A DNA stretch of 44,828 nucleotides from Candidatus Azambacteria bacterium. Lineage in GTDB: Bacteria > Patescibacteriota > Minisyncoccia > UBA10092. This document shows positions 36,887-44,828 of the stretch, piece by piece. The DNA is taken from the NCBI GenBank assembly GCA_030646675.1, contig JAUSKX010000006.1:1-44828 (forward strand), given 5' to 3'. Made by a program: the position numbers and the translations under genes. The notes beneath the pieces were generated by a model, which did no database searches, was not told the DNA's origin, and saw nothing but the letters and a program-made list of their open reading frames with translations. Within the stretch, counting starts at the first letter, position 1. Each line of letters begins with the position of its first letter.

Positions 36887-38209
36887 ATGGATTTAAAACA
36901 ATTCGCATCGGCTTTGAGCCAGATTTCCGAAGAAAAGGGCATTTCTCCCGAGAAAGTCCTGGAAACGATAGAGATGGCTTTGGCCGCGGCTTACAAAAAA
37001 GAATATGGTGAAAAAGGCCAGATTGTCAGGGCCAAATTCAACCCGAAAACCGGGGATGTTAAGTTTTCCCAAGTCAAAATTGTCGTTGACGAATCAATGC
37101 TCAAACCGGAGGACGAAGATGATGGCGACGAGCCCTCCTTCGCCAAGGCTATGGAGGGTGAAGAAGACAAAAAAATCAGATTCAATGCTGAACGCCATAT
37201 CATGCTTGATGAGGCGAAAAAAATTAAAAAAGACATCACCGTAGGCGACGAACTTGAATTCTCGCTTGATGCCAAGGAAGATTTCGGACGCATCGCCGCG
37301 CAAACTGCCAAACAGGTTATTGTTCAGCGCATCCGCGAGGCCGAAAGGGAAGCCATTTGGAACGAATTTAAAGACAAAGAAAGCGAGCTTGTCAGCGGTA
37401 TCATTCAAAGAATGGAAATGAATAATATTTTTATTGATTTAGGAAAAACCGTTGCCGTTTTCCCAAAAGAAGAGCAGGTATTCAGCGAAAAATATTATGT
37501 CGGTTCCAGAATGAAATTTTATATTTTATCGGTAAATTCCGACCCCAAAGGGCCGGGAATAGTTTTGTCGCGCTCCCATCCGAAAATGGTTTCGCGGCTT
37601 TTTGAACTTGAAGTTCCCGAAATTGGCGGCGGTACGGTTGAAATAAAATCCATTGCCCGCGAAGCCGGCAGCCGCACCAAAATCGGCGTTTATTCAAATG
37701 AAGAAGGCATTGACTCGGTTGGTTCCTGCATCGGCCAGAAAGGTTCCAGGGTTGCCGCGGTTATTTCGGAAATCGGCGGCGAAAAAATAGATATTATCGA
37801 ATGGTCGGAAGACCCCGAAATTTTTATTTCAAACGCGATGTCGCCGGCTAAAGTTACCAAAATTGAAATTATGCCCCAAAGGCACACGGCCAAAGTTTTC
37901 GTGCCGGAAGACCAACTGTCTTTGGCGATAGGCAAGGCCGGCCAGAATGTCCGCCTCGCCGCCAAATTGACCGGATGGAAAATTGACGTTATTGGAGCTA
38001 CTTTAACTGCCGAAGGTCTTAAAGAAGGCAAAAAACTGGAAGATTTGGAAGGCGTTGGAGAAAAAACCGCCGACGCCCTGCGCGCCGCCGGGTTCAACAC
38101 TCCCGAAGATATAGCAGGCGCCTCAATTGAAGATTTACTTAAAGCCGAGGGCGTCGGCGAGAAGACCGCCGAAAAAATTCTGGACGCCGCAAAAAAATTG
38201 TGTGGATAG
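36887..38209 (+). CDS. nusA: Transcription termination/antitermination factor NusA with C-terminal HhH repeats
   Basis: FGRIAAQTAKQ, S1, KH domains, AIGKAGQNVRLA; ATG at 36887 (the track start lies inside the tRNA). Confidence 0.95.
   Translation: MDLKQFASALSQISEEKGISPEKVLETIEMALAAAYKKEYGEKGQIVRAKFNPKTGDVKFSQVKIVVDESMLKPEDEDDGDEPSFAKAMEGEEDKKIRFNAERHIMLDEAKKIKKDITVGDELEFSLDAKEDFGRIAAQTAKQVIVQRIREAEREAIWNEFKDKESELVSGIIQRMEMNNIFIDLGKTVAVFPKEEQVFSEKYYVGSRMKFYILSVNSDPKGPGIVLSRSHPKMVSRLFELEVPEIGGGTVEIKSIAREAGSRTKIGVYSNEEGIDSVGSCIGQKGSRVAAVISEIGGEKIDIIEWSEDPEIFISNAMSPAKVTKIEIMPQRHTAKVFVPEDQLSLAIGKAGQNVRLAAKLTGWKIDVIGATLTAEGLKEGKKLEDLEGVGEKTADALRAAGFNTPEDIAGASIEDLLKAEGVGEKTAEKILDAAKKLCG
37133..37158. 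repeat. REP-like palindrome inside nusA (encodes PSFAKAMEG)
   Basis: ccctccttcgccaaggctatggaggg; matches 11076-11101 with compensatory changes. Confidence 0.75.
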
Positions 38210-38250
38210 TTTGTTTGGTTGTTTAATCGCGTTTGGTGTAAAATGTCGGT

Positions 38251-38787
38251 ATGGACGGGCAAGCTTTTCTAAATGTTGAAAAAATTATCGAACAGCTTAA
38301 TGTAGGACCGAATATGGCTGTTGCCGATTTTGGCGCCGGTCACGGTTTTTTTTCCGTTGCCTTTGCCAAAAGAGTCGGCTCATCGGGCCAGATTTTTGCC
38401 GTTGATATTTTGCAGGCGGCGCTTGAGGCAATAAGGTCCCGCGCCAGGCTCGAAGGGCTTTTTAATATAAAGTTGGTGAAAGGCGATTTGGGAAAAATTG
38501 GCGGCTCGACATTGCCGGAAGAAAGCTGTGATATGGTTTTTATTGCCAATTTATTATTTCAAGTTCCGGACAAATCGGAATTGATTGGCGAAGCATTTCG
38601 TATTTTGAAAAAAGGCGGAGAACTTGCCATTGTCGAATGGAAACCGTATATATCTCTCGGTCCTCAAAAAGAGCAGCGGCTTTCGGAAGAAGAAGTGAAG
38701 CAAATTGTCGCGCCAAAAGGGTTTGGCGAACCGAAGCAAATTGACGCCGGCAGCCATCACTACGGATTAATTTTTATTAAAAATTAA
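38251..38787 (+). CDS. Class I SAM-dependent methyltransferase
   Basis: VADFGAGHG, AVD, RILKKGG. Confidence 0.85.
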   Translation: MDGQAFLNVEKIIEQLNVGPNMAVADFGAGHGFFSVAFAKRVGSSGQIFAVDILQAALEAIRSRARLEGLFNIKLVKGDLGKIGGSTLPEESCDMVFIANLLFQVPDKSELIGEAFRILKKGGELAIVEWKPYISLGPQKEQRLSEEEVKQIVAPKGFGEPKQIDAGSHHYGLIFIKN

Positions 38788-38793
38788 ATTGAC

Positions 38794-40125
38794 ATGAGAA
38801 TATTTAATAAAGAAATAAGCAATGCAGCGTTAGTTATGATGGGCGCGGTTGTAGTCATCATTTTGCTCATAAGTTCGATTTTTTTGGGCATTTTGCCGGG
38901 TTCAAAACCACAAAAAGCGGGGCAGGCGACGCTCGAATTTTGGGGTCTTTTTGACAGCGCTTCGGTTTGGCAGCCGCTTTTTGATGAATACAGAAAAACC
39001 CATTCCAATACTTTTTTCAAATATACCCAAATGGAACCCGCCGCGTACGAGCAGAAACTGATTGAAGCGCTCGCTTCCGGAAAATCGCCCGATATTATAA
39101 TGTTCCGCTCTTCATGGCTCCCGAAGCACGGCAATAAAATTTCGCCCCTTCCCGAAACAATGATGACGTTGAGAACTTTTCAGGAAACTTTTCCCGATGT
39201 CGCGACAATTGATTTTGTTTCAAGCGGCAAAATTTACGCGTTGCCGGTTTGGACGGATGCCTTGTCCATGTTTTACAACAAAGATTTATTCAACACCGCC
39301 GGCGTGGCGGTGCCGCCCAAAACTTGGGAAGATTTTATCAAAGTCGTTCAAAAATTAACCAGCAAAGATAAGTCCGGCAATTTGCTCAAGTCCGGAGCCG
39401 CTGTCGGCGCGGCCGATAATGTCGATAATGCCGCGGACATTTTAAGTTTGTTGATGCTTCAAACCGGAACAAGAATGATTAGCGACGATGGCGCGAAAGC
39501 GGTTTTTGACCAAGCTGTTACGGTAAACGGAACTAATTACAAACCCGGCGAATCCGCTTTGCGATTTTACACGGATTTCGCCAATCCCAAATCCGGCGCC
39601 TACGTTTGGAATAATAATTTGCCGAATTCTTTTGACGCCTTCGCCTCGGGGCAGGCGGCGATTATTTTTGATTACGCCGTTAATATCCCGCGCTTAAAAC
39701 AAAAAGCCCCGAACTTGCGTCTTGGGGTTGCACCCATTCCACAGCTCTCCGGCGAAAGTAAGACAGTTAATTATGCCGATTTTTGGGGGTATAGCGTCCC
39801 CGCGGCGTCAAAAAATTCCGTCTCCGCTTGGGAATTTATAATTTTTTTAACCGGCGTAGATACAAATAGATATTTCGCGAACGCGGTTTCAAGGCCGGCC
39901 GCGAGGCGTGATGTTCTTAATGAAGAAAAATCGTCGCCCGACCTTGGTGTTTTTGCCGAATCGGTTTTATCGGCAACCAATTGGTATCAGACCGACCCGG
40001 CGGCGGTTGAAAATATTTTTAAAGACATGCTCAACGCGGTGGTTTTGAGAAATACCACACCGGCTGACGCCATCTCCGACGCCGCCGCCAGAGTTTCATC
40101 ATTAATGAGAAAGAATGAATTTTGA
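38794..40125 (+). CDS. Membrane-anchored extracellular solute-binding protein (sugar-binding type)
   Basis: N-terminal TM, PDI, YALP, FYNKDLF, PKTWEDF. Confidence 0.85.
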   Translation: MRIFNKEISNAALVMMGAVVVIILLISSIFLGILPGSKPQKAGQATLEFWGLFDSASVWQPLFDEYRKTHSNTFFKYTQMEPAAYEQKLIEALASGKSPDIIMFRSSWLPKHGNKISPLPETMMTLRTFQETFPDVATIDFVSSGKIYALPVWTDALSMFYNKDLFNTAGVAVPPKTWEDFIKVVQKLTSKDKSGNLLKSGAAVGAADNVDNAADILSLLMLQTGTRMISDDGAKAVFDQAVTVNGTNYKPGESALRFYTDFANPKSGAYVWNNNLPNSFDAFASGQAAIIFDYAVNIPRLKQKAPNLRLGVAPIPQLSGESKTVNYADFWGYSVPAASKNSVSAWEFIIFLTGVDTNRYFANAVSRPAARRDVLNEEKSSPDLGVFAESVLSATNWYQTDPAAVENIFKDMLNAVVLRNTTPADAISDAAARVSSLMRKNEF

Positions 40126-41203
40126 TTTTTTAAAAGCGGCCATTGTACCGTGCGGCTTAGGGCCGGCCGCCGATGCCGGTTTCAAGGCTTGCACTGTGTG
40201 TGATTTTTTTGTCTTGCTCCAGAACATAATCAACTTTTTTCTTTACCTGATGATACCGCTTGTAACCCTGGCGGCGGTTTATATCGCTTTTATTTTCATG
40301 ACTTCCGGCGGCTCGTCGTCAAAAATCACCGACGCGAAAGGCAAGGCATGGCTCGTGCTTTTAGGAATTTTCTGGGTCTTGGGTTCGTGGCTTGTTCTAA
40401 ATACCATTTTGAATATCGTTGCCAAGCCGGGTGTTTTTCCATGGCCGTGGAATCAAATTAATTGCCAAGCCAGCCAGCCGGCCGCCAACACCACCGGCTC
40501 TCCGTCGGTTGAAACGCCGGTTGATACTTCGGGCTTTATGTCGGTTGATAGAGATCCCGTTGACGCCATCGCGCGTTTGGACCAAGCCAGCCAGACCGGT
40601 GAAGTTTATGCGGATGGTGTTCAAACGAATACGCCGGGATATATGTCGGTTGATACAGAACATGACGGCCTGGAACAGGTTGAGCCCGCGACGCCGTATT
40701 CTTCAGCGCAAGTTGAGAACCCGGCAATCGACGCGATGGTAAAACAGGCCGATGTCAACGGTGTTGACCCAAATCTGGTGAAAGCTGTTATTCAGGCTGA
40801 ATCGTCCGGCAACAAGAATGCGATACATGTTGATAAAGACGGAAAAGCATCATACGGATTAATGCAAGTAAGAACTGATACAGCGAAACGGTACGATTCG
40901 ACTCTGGCTAATTTATCCGACGCTCAAATCGGTGAAAAGTTAAAAGACCCGGATTACAATATGGAAATCGGAACTGCTTATCTTCAGGATTTATCCGTAA
41001 AATATAAAGGCGATTTGGATAAAGTAATTGCCGCCTATAACGGTGGGCCGGGAGCCAACAAACCGAGCGTTGATTGTCCGGGCTCCATGAGATGGCAATG
41101 CCAATGGGACAATACGGCGCAGACAGTCCCCAACACCGGCTACGCGGTAACGAGAAATTATGTCGTCAAAGTTAATAACTATTACTCGCAATTAAGCAAA
41201 TAA
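40115..41203 (+). CDS. Pilin-like N-terminus fused to a lytic transglycosylase (SLT) domain
   Basis: VPCG...CTVCDFF plus TM hairpin; AVIQAESSG, GLMQV, AAYNGG. Confidence 0.85.
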   Translation: MNFDFLKAAIVPCGLGPAADAGFKACTVCDFFVLLQNIINFFLYLMIPLVTLAAVYIAFIFMTSGGSSSKITDAKGKAWLVLLGIFWVLGSWLVLNTILNIVAKPGVFPWPWNQINCQASQPAANTTGSPSVETPVDTSGFMSVDRDPVDAIARLDQASQTGEVYADGVQTNTPGYMSVDTEHDGLEQVEPATPYSSAQVENPAIDAMVKQADVNGVDPNLVKAVIQAESSGNKNAIHVDKDGKASYGLMQVRTDTAKRYDSTLANLSDAQIGEKLKDPDYNMEIGTAYLQDLSVKYKGDLDKVIAAYNGGPGANKPSVDCPGSMRWQCQWDNTAQTVPNTGYAVTRNYVVKVNNYYSQLSK

Positions 41204-41221
41204 TGTTATATAATTAAACCA

Positions 41222-41515
41222 ATGAAAATTTTAACCGCGCTGGCGCAAACTGTTACTATTCCCAATCCGCTGACATCGGACTCAATTACCGGCCTGGTTG
41301 ATAATGTCGCTACGTGGCTTTTGGGAATCGGACTGACAATTTCCACCATAGTAATTATCTGGGCGGCGATTGTTTTCATAACCAGCGGCGGCAATACGGA
41401 AAGAGTGACTATGGCGCGAAAAACTCTGTGGTATGCTATAATCGGAATAGTTGTTTTGCTTCTGGCCAAGGGTGTTACAAGTTTAGTCGCGAATTTCTTA
41501 GGCGGTAATTTTTAA
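41222..41515 (+). CDS. TrbC/VirB2-like pilin
   Basis: IPNPL, FITSGGN...ARKTLWYAIIG. Confidence 0.8.
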   Translation: MKILTALAQTVTIPNPLTSDSITGLVDNVATWLLGIGLTISTIVIIWAAIVFITSGGNTERVTMARKTLWYAIIGIVVLLLAKGVTSLVANFLGGNF

Positions 41516-41545
41516 AAAATATTAAAAATTAAAATTAAATAAATT

Positions 41546-41902
41546 ATGAACAAAGACATTTTTAAAAAAGTAGGTATAGGCATAGGGGTGGCAGGGCTCG
41601 CGCTTTTCCCGCTTCTTGCGTTAGCGCAAATCGGCGGGGTGCCGGGGCCGATTCTTACAAGCCCGACTGGTATTGCTGTTCTGCTTCAAAAAGTATTGAA
41701 TTTCATTGCGGCGATTGTATTAACCATTGCCTTGATAATGTTGTTGTACGCCGCCATTTTATATCTCGGAGCGGGAGCAAGCACCGCGGCTCTTGATAAG
41801 GCGAAAAGCGTTTTGATATACGCGGTTGTGGGAATTGTGGTCGCGATACTGGCTTTTTCGGTCATTCCTTTCGTCCAGACCGTTCTTCAGGGCAATTTCT
41901 AG
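41546..41902 (+). CDS. TrbC/VirB2-like pilin
   Basis: Signal peptide, YLGAG...KAKSVLIYAVVG. Confidence 0.8.
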   Translation: MNKDIFKKVGIGIGVAGLALFPLLALAQIGGVPGPILTSPTGIAVLLQKVLNFIAAIVLTIALIMLLYAAILYLGAGASTAALDKAKSVLIYAVVGIVVAILAFSVIPFVQTVLQGNF

Positions 41903-42006
41903 TATTTGACACAAAAACTCATTTAGTGTATAATAACCCCCATATAGTGAAATATGGGGGTTATTAGTTTTAGTACCTAAACAATATAAAAAATGGAGGT
42001 GTTGAA

Positions 42007-42630
42007 ATGTCAAAAAGGAGAAAGGTTTTAATTGGTATTGTTGTCGCGTTGTTAGTGGCGCTAGCATTGTTTTTTTTCGGGTATAAATATGGTCAGAAAC
42101 AGTGCAAGCCCTGCCCCCAGCCCGTCATTCAGAAGGAGGAGGTAAAAAAGCCGGAGCAGAAAATCGCGAAAAAGCAGGTCGTCAAACGTCAGGTCGTGAG
42201 GCGGGCCCCAGTTCCGGTTTCGGCGCCGGTGCGGCAAGCGGTAGTACCAAACTACGCGGCGCCGAAACTCATTCTGCGTATCAATGTGGTTGAGTGGTCA
42301 GAGGATTTCAGGGGTAAATCCCTTTTGTCCCGCGACATTGGGCCGGTTGTCAAACAAGGGTTGGCCAATGGAACGGTAGTTAGAACCAAAAGCCAATGTG
42401 GGTTTATCGTCAACGGTGCCAGCGTGGTAGTCAATGATGGCAATGCTATTGTTGACCAGGGCCCGATTGGACCGGAAACAGTTCTGACCGTCCAGCCCTC
42501 GGCTGGACCTAAGTTTGCTTCGCCTCCAGACGCGCTTCCCCTAACAACAAACCCGGGGGAATTGGACGCGCTGGTCAAAAGGGGGTCGAGCGAAATCTGG
42601 CTGTGCTTTATCCTCGCGCCACCGGCATGA
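42007..42630 (+). CDS. Membrane-anchored hypothetical protein
   Basis: N-terminal TM, Lys/Pro-rich linker, SD GGAGGTG, hairpin at 42648-42671. Confidence 0.7.
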   Translation: MSKRRKVLIGIVVALLVALALFFFGYKYGQKQCKPCPQPVIQKEEVKKPEQKIAKKQVVKRQVVRRAPVPVSAPVRQAVVPNYAAPKLILRINVVEWSEDFRGKSLLSRDIGPVVKQGLANGTVVRTKSQCGFIVNGASVVVNDGNAIVDQGPIGPETVLTVQPSAGPKFASPPDALPLTTNPGELDALVKRGSSEIWLCFILAPPA

Positions 42631-42719
42631 TAGCCGATGGTACAAGTCGGGAGTCCCAAACGGGACTCCCGCCCAAAAACTTGCTTTCAAAATTTTGAAA
42701 GCAAAAATTGGGAATAAAT

Positions 42720-43760
42720 ATGAAATATTTAAAGTTGATAAAATTTAATAAAAATATCTTGGCGGCCATTTTAATAATGGCATTTTTCACTTTGTTATTT
42801 AGTAATTTTTCATTAATTGCATTTGCTCAAGATTACGCCGGCGGTTACGGCTCTATTGATTATAGTGGTGGTTACAATTCTTCTGATTACGCCGGCGGTT
42901 ACGGCTCCGTCGATTATGGTGGTGGTTACGATTCTATAAATTATGCCGGCGGTTACGGCTCTACTGATTACGCCGGCGGTTACGGCTCTACTGATTATGC
43001 CGGCGGTTACGGCTCTACTGATTACGCCGGCGGTTACGATTCTATAAATTATGCCGGCGGCTATAGTTCGACTGACTACGCTGGTGGCTATTCTTATCCT
43101 TCTACTGGATATGGCTATTACAGTTATCCATCAACATCATACGGCTATTACAGCTACCCGGCGGTTTCTTACCCTGGAACCTATGATTATCCGGGCATTT
43201 CATACGGCAGTTATAATTATCCGTCCGTAAATTATCCTACTTTTAACTATCCCGGTATAAATTATCCGACGGTAAATTACCCATCAGTGGATTATTCCAC
43301 ATTTAACTATCCCGAAATAAATTACCCGACAGTGGATTATCCCACATGGGATATTCCCACTGCCTATGCCTATCCCGGTATAAATTATCCGGCAATAACT
43401 TATCCGTCGGTTTCTGTTCCCACTGCTTATGTGTATCCGTCAGCTTCTTATCCAACAATAACTTATCCGACAATGTCCATTCCTACCGCTTATGCTTATC
43501 CGTCTACATATTATCCGGGAACTACCGCGTATGCCGCTGAAACAATCGCCAATGTTTCTACCGGCCCGGAAAATGCCTTAATTTTGATTTTATCCGGCGG
43601 GTTGGTATTATCGGTGTTCATTTATTTGATTGTATTCAAAATCAGATTCGGAAAAAAATTGACGCTAGCCGCGGCCTATCAAAGTGCGGTTCTTGAAAGA
43701 CGACTTAAGAAAATAAGAGAAAGAGAAATAAGACCCGACTTCAATGTTATTCAATCCTAA
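42720..43760 (+). CDS. Tyr/Gly/Pro-repeat surface protein with a putative sortase sorting signal
   Basis: Signal peptide, DYAGGYGS(T) repeats, YP pentapeptide-like repeats, VSTGP + TM + basic tail. Confidence 0.8.
   Translation: MKYLKLIKFNKNILAAILIMAFFTLLFSNFSLIAFAQDYAGGYGSIDYSGGYNSSDYAGGYGSVDYGGGYDSINYAGGYGSTDYAGGYGSTDYAGGYGSTDYAGGYDSINYAGGYSSTDYAGGYSYPSTGYGYYSYPSTSYGYYSYPAVSYPGTYDYPGISYGSYNYPSVNYPTFNYPGINYPTVNYPSVDYSTFNYPEINYPTVDYPTWDIPTAYAYPGINYPAITYPSVSVPTAYVYPSASYPTITYPTMSIPTAYAYPSTYYPGTTAYAAETIANVSTGPENALILILSGGLVLSVFIYLIVFKIRFGKKLTLAAAYQSAVLERRLKKIREREIRPDFNVIQS
42831..43091 (+). repeat. 27-bp coding tandem repeat (about 10 units)
   Basis: gattacgccggcggttacggctctact units. Confidence 0.9.
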
Positions 43761-44373
43761 AAAAGAACTTATAATATTTTCAATCATATTCTTGGCGTCA
43801 AGCGCTTTGGTGTATTTTGCCTTGAATGGTGGAGCTTATTCAAAGATTTTGAAATACGAATTATTTTCTTCATACGCGGAAGCCAGCGCCGACGATAAAC
43901 TGATTTCCGGATTGGACGAAAAAAATTATTATTTATACATTCCCAAGATAGAAGTTTTAGCGCCCGCCATTCGTTTTAAAGATAATTCCGAAAAAAATGT
44001 TTTGGCGATTCTTGAAAAAGGAGTCGGATTATATGTCAATAATTCGCAATTGCCGGGGAAGGCCGGAAGGGCGGTGATTTTGGGCCATAGTTCAAAAGAA
44101 ACTTGGTATCATCGTGATGGCCAATATTCATATAACTTCGCTCTTTTGGACAAGCTTCAAAAAGGCGATGAAATTTATGTGGTTTTTGAAGGCAAAAAAT
44201 TAATATATAAAGTTTTTTCAAACGATATTTTGACTCCTGAAAAAACCAACGAAATTCTTTCTCAAAAACCGAAAGGCGATTCGGAAATCGCGCTAATCAC
44301 TTGCTGGCCAATAGGGTTTTCTCTAAAAAGAGTTCTTATTCAAGCGGAGCTTATTGGCATCGAAAAAATCTAA
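43744..44373 (+). CDS. Sortase
   Basis: N-terminal TM, LYIPKI, VILGHS, LITCWP, downstream Arg. Confidence 0.9.
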   Translation: MLFNPKKELIIFSIIFLASSALVYFALNGGAYSKILKYELFSSYAEASADDKLISGLDEKNYYLYIPKIEVLAPAIRFKDNSEKNVLAILEKGVGLYVNNSQLPGKAGRAVILGHSSKETWYHRDGQYSYNFALLDKLQKGDEIYVVFEGKKLIYKVFSNDILTPEKTNEILSQKPKGDSEIALITCWPIGFSLKRVLIQAELIGIEKI

Positions 44374-44402
44374 AAGAGTGCTATAATCTTTCAGAAAGAC
44401 GC

Positions 44403-44487
44403 GCGCCCGTGGCGAAATTGGCAGACGCACCAGCTTTAGGAGCTGGCGCCGTAAGGCATAGAGGTTCAAGTCCTCTCGGGCGCACCA
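44403..44487 (+). tRNA. tRNA-Leu(UAG)
   Basis: GCGCCCG acceptor, TTTAGGA loop, encoded CCA. Confidence 0.95.
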
Positions 44488-44674
44488 GAATGGAACTTAG
44501 CGGTTGAGAACCAACCAAGGAGTGGGCGTGCCGAAGGCCCGCCCCCGCGGGGTCGCCCGTTTTCGCCCATGAATTCTGGGTTCGGAATCCTGTCCCGCCT
44601 TCGGCGGGACGAACTCTTTTTTCGCCAAGAAGCAGGTGCGAAATCAGAAGCAATTTTGACTCATAGTATTTGCT

Positions 44675-44702
44675 TTGATACAAAAATAATTTTTGCTATA
44701 CT
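44675..44702 (+). promoter_or_regulatory. Sigma70-like promoter
   Basis: TTGATA, 16 nt, TATACT with an extended TG. Confidence 0.55.
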
Positions 44703-44707
44703 GAATT

Positions 44708-44792
44708 TGCCCCCACCGAAGATTGCTTATTTTAATGACCATCTTTGGTTCCACTTTGAGCAATCTTAGTGGGGGCACCAAGGGTGGTCATT
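44708..44792 (+). ncRNA. Candidate structured leader RNA with interleaved stems
   Basis: 44708-44729 pairs with 44757-44777; 44734-44749 pairs with 44777-44792 (G-U wobbles on the + strand). Confidence 0.45.
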
Positions 44793-44828
44793 TAAGTTTT
44801 TAATTTTCAATATAAACATTATGCAAAA

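Noticed and set aside
42831..43091. CRISPR-like array
   Set aside because: The 27-bp units are contiguous, in frame and have no unique spacers; this is a coding repeat.
2905..44769. Numerous 60-190 aa ORFs antisense to or overlapping genes and tRNAs
   Set aside because: Shadow frames with no recognisable motifs or translation signals.

Overview
AT-rich bacterial chromosome segment using genetic code 11. Gene content suggests Patescibacteria/CPR (Parcubacteria-like): a shortened IF2, VirB2-like pilins, a sortase, a PaaX-like ORF, an HTH-LAGLIDADG-like ORF, and core genes mostly without Shine-Dalgarno (SD) sites. Housekeeping genes (nrnA-like, rbfA, infB, hisS, htrA, rny, hup, cca, gyrA, rpsA, ftsH, RluA-family, rplS, nusA) are interleaved with 17 intact tRNA genes and accessory genes. 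The strongest signal is two radical SAM/SPASM genes, each near a small Cys-containing ORF missing from the ORF track. These are a 47-aa six-Cys peptide at 7163-7306, flanked by two HEXXH proteins, and a 33-aa peptide ending TCQAPSNCH at 14152-14253, which lies in an island between tRNA-His and a HisRS gene. Both are candidate RiPP systems. Other unexplained structure includes a PaaX-like gene bracketed by two 40-bp palindromes, a three-copy covarying inverted-repeat family, palindromic repeats inside NusA and an MBL-fold gene, and start codons abutting tRNA 3' ends. There are also frequent C55 T-loops, a tRNA-Ile(UAU), an orphan tRNA 3' half, a shared boxA-like/SD leader, and an interleaved-stem RNA leader at the right end. 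All calls come from reading the sequence; no database searches were run.
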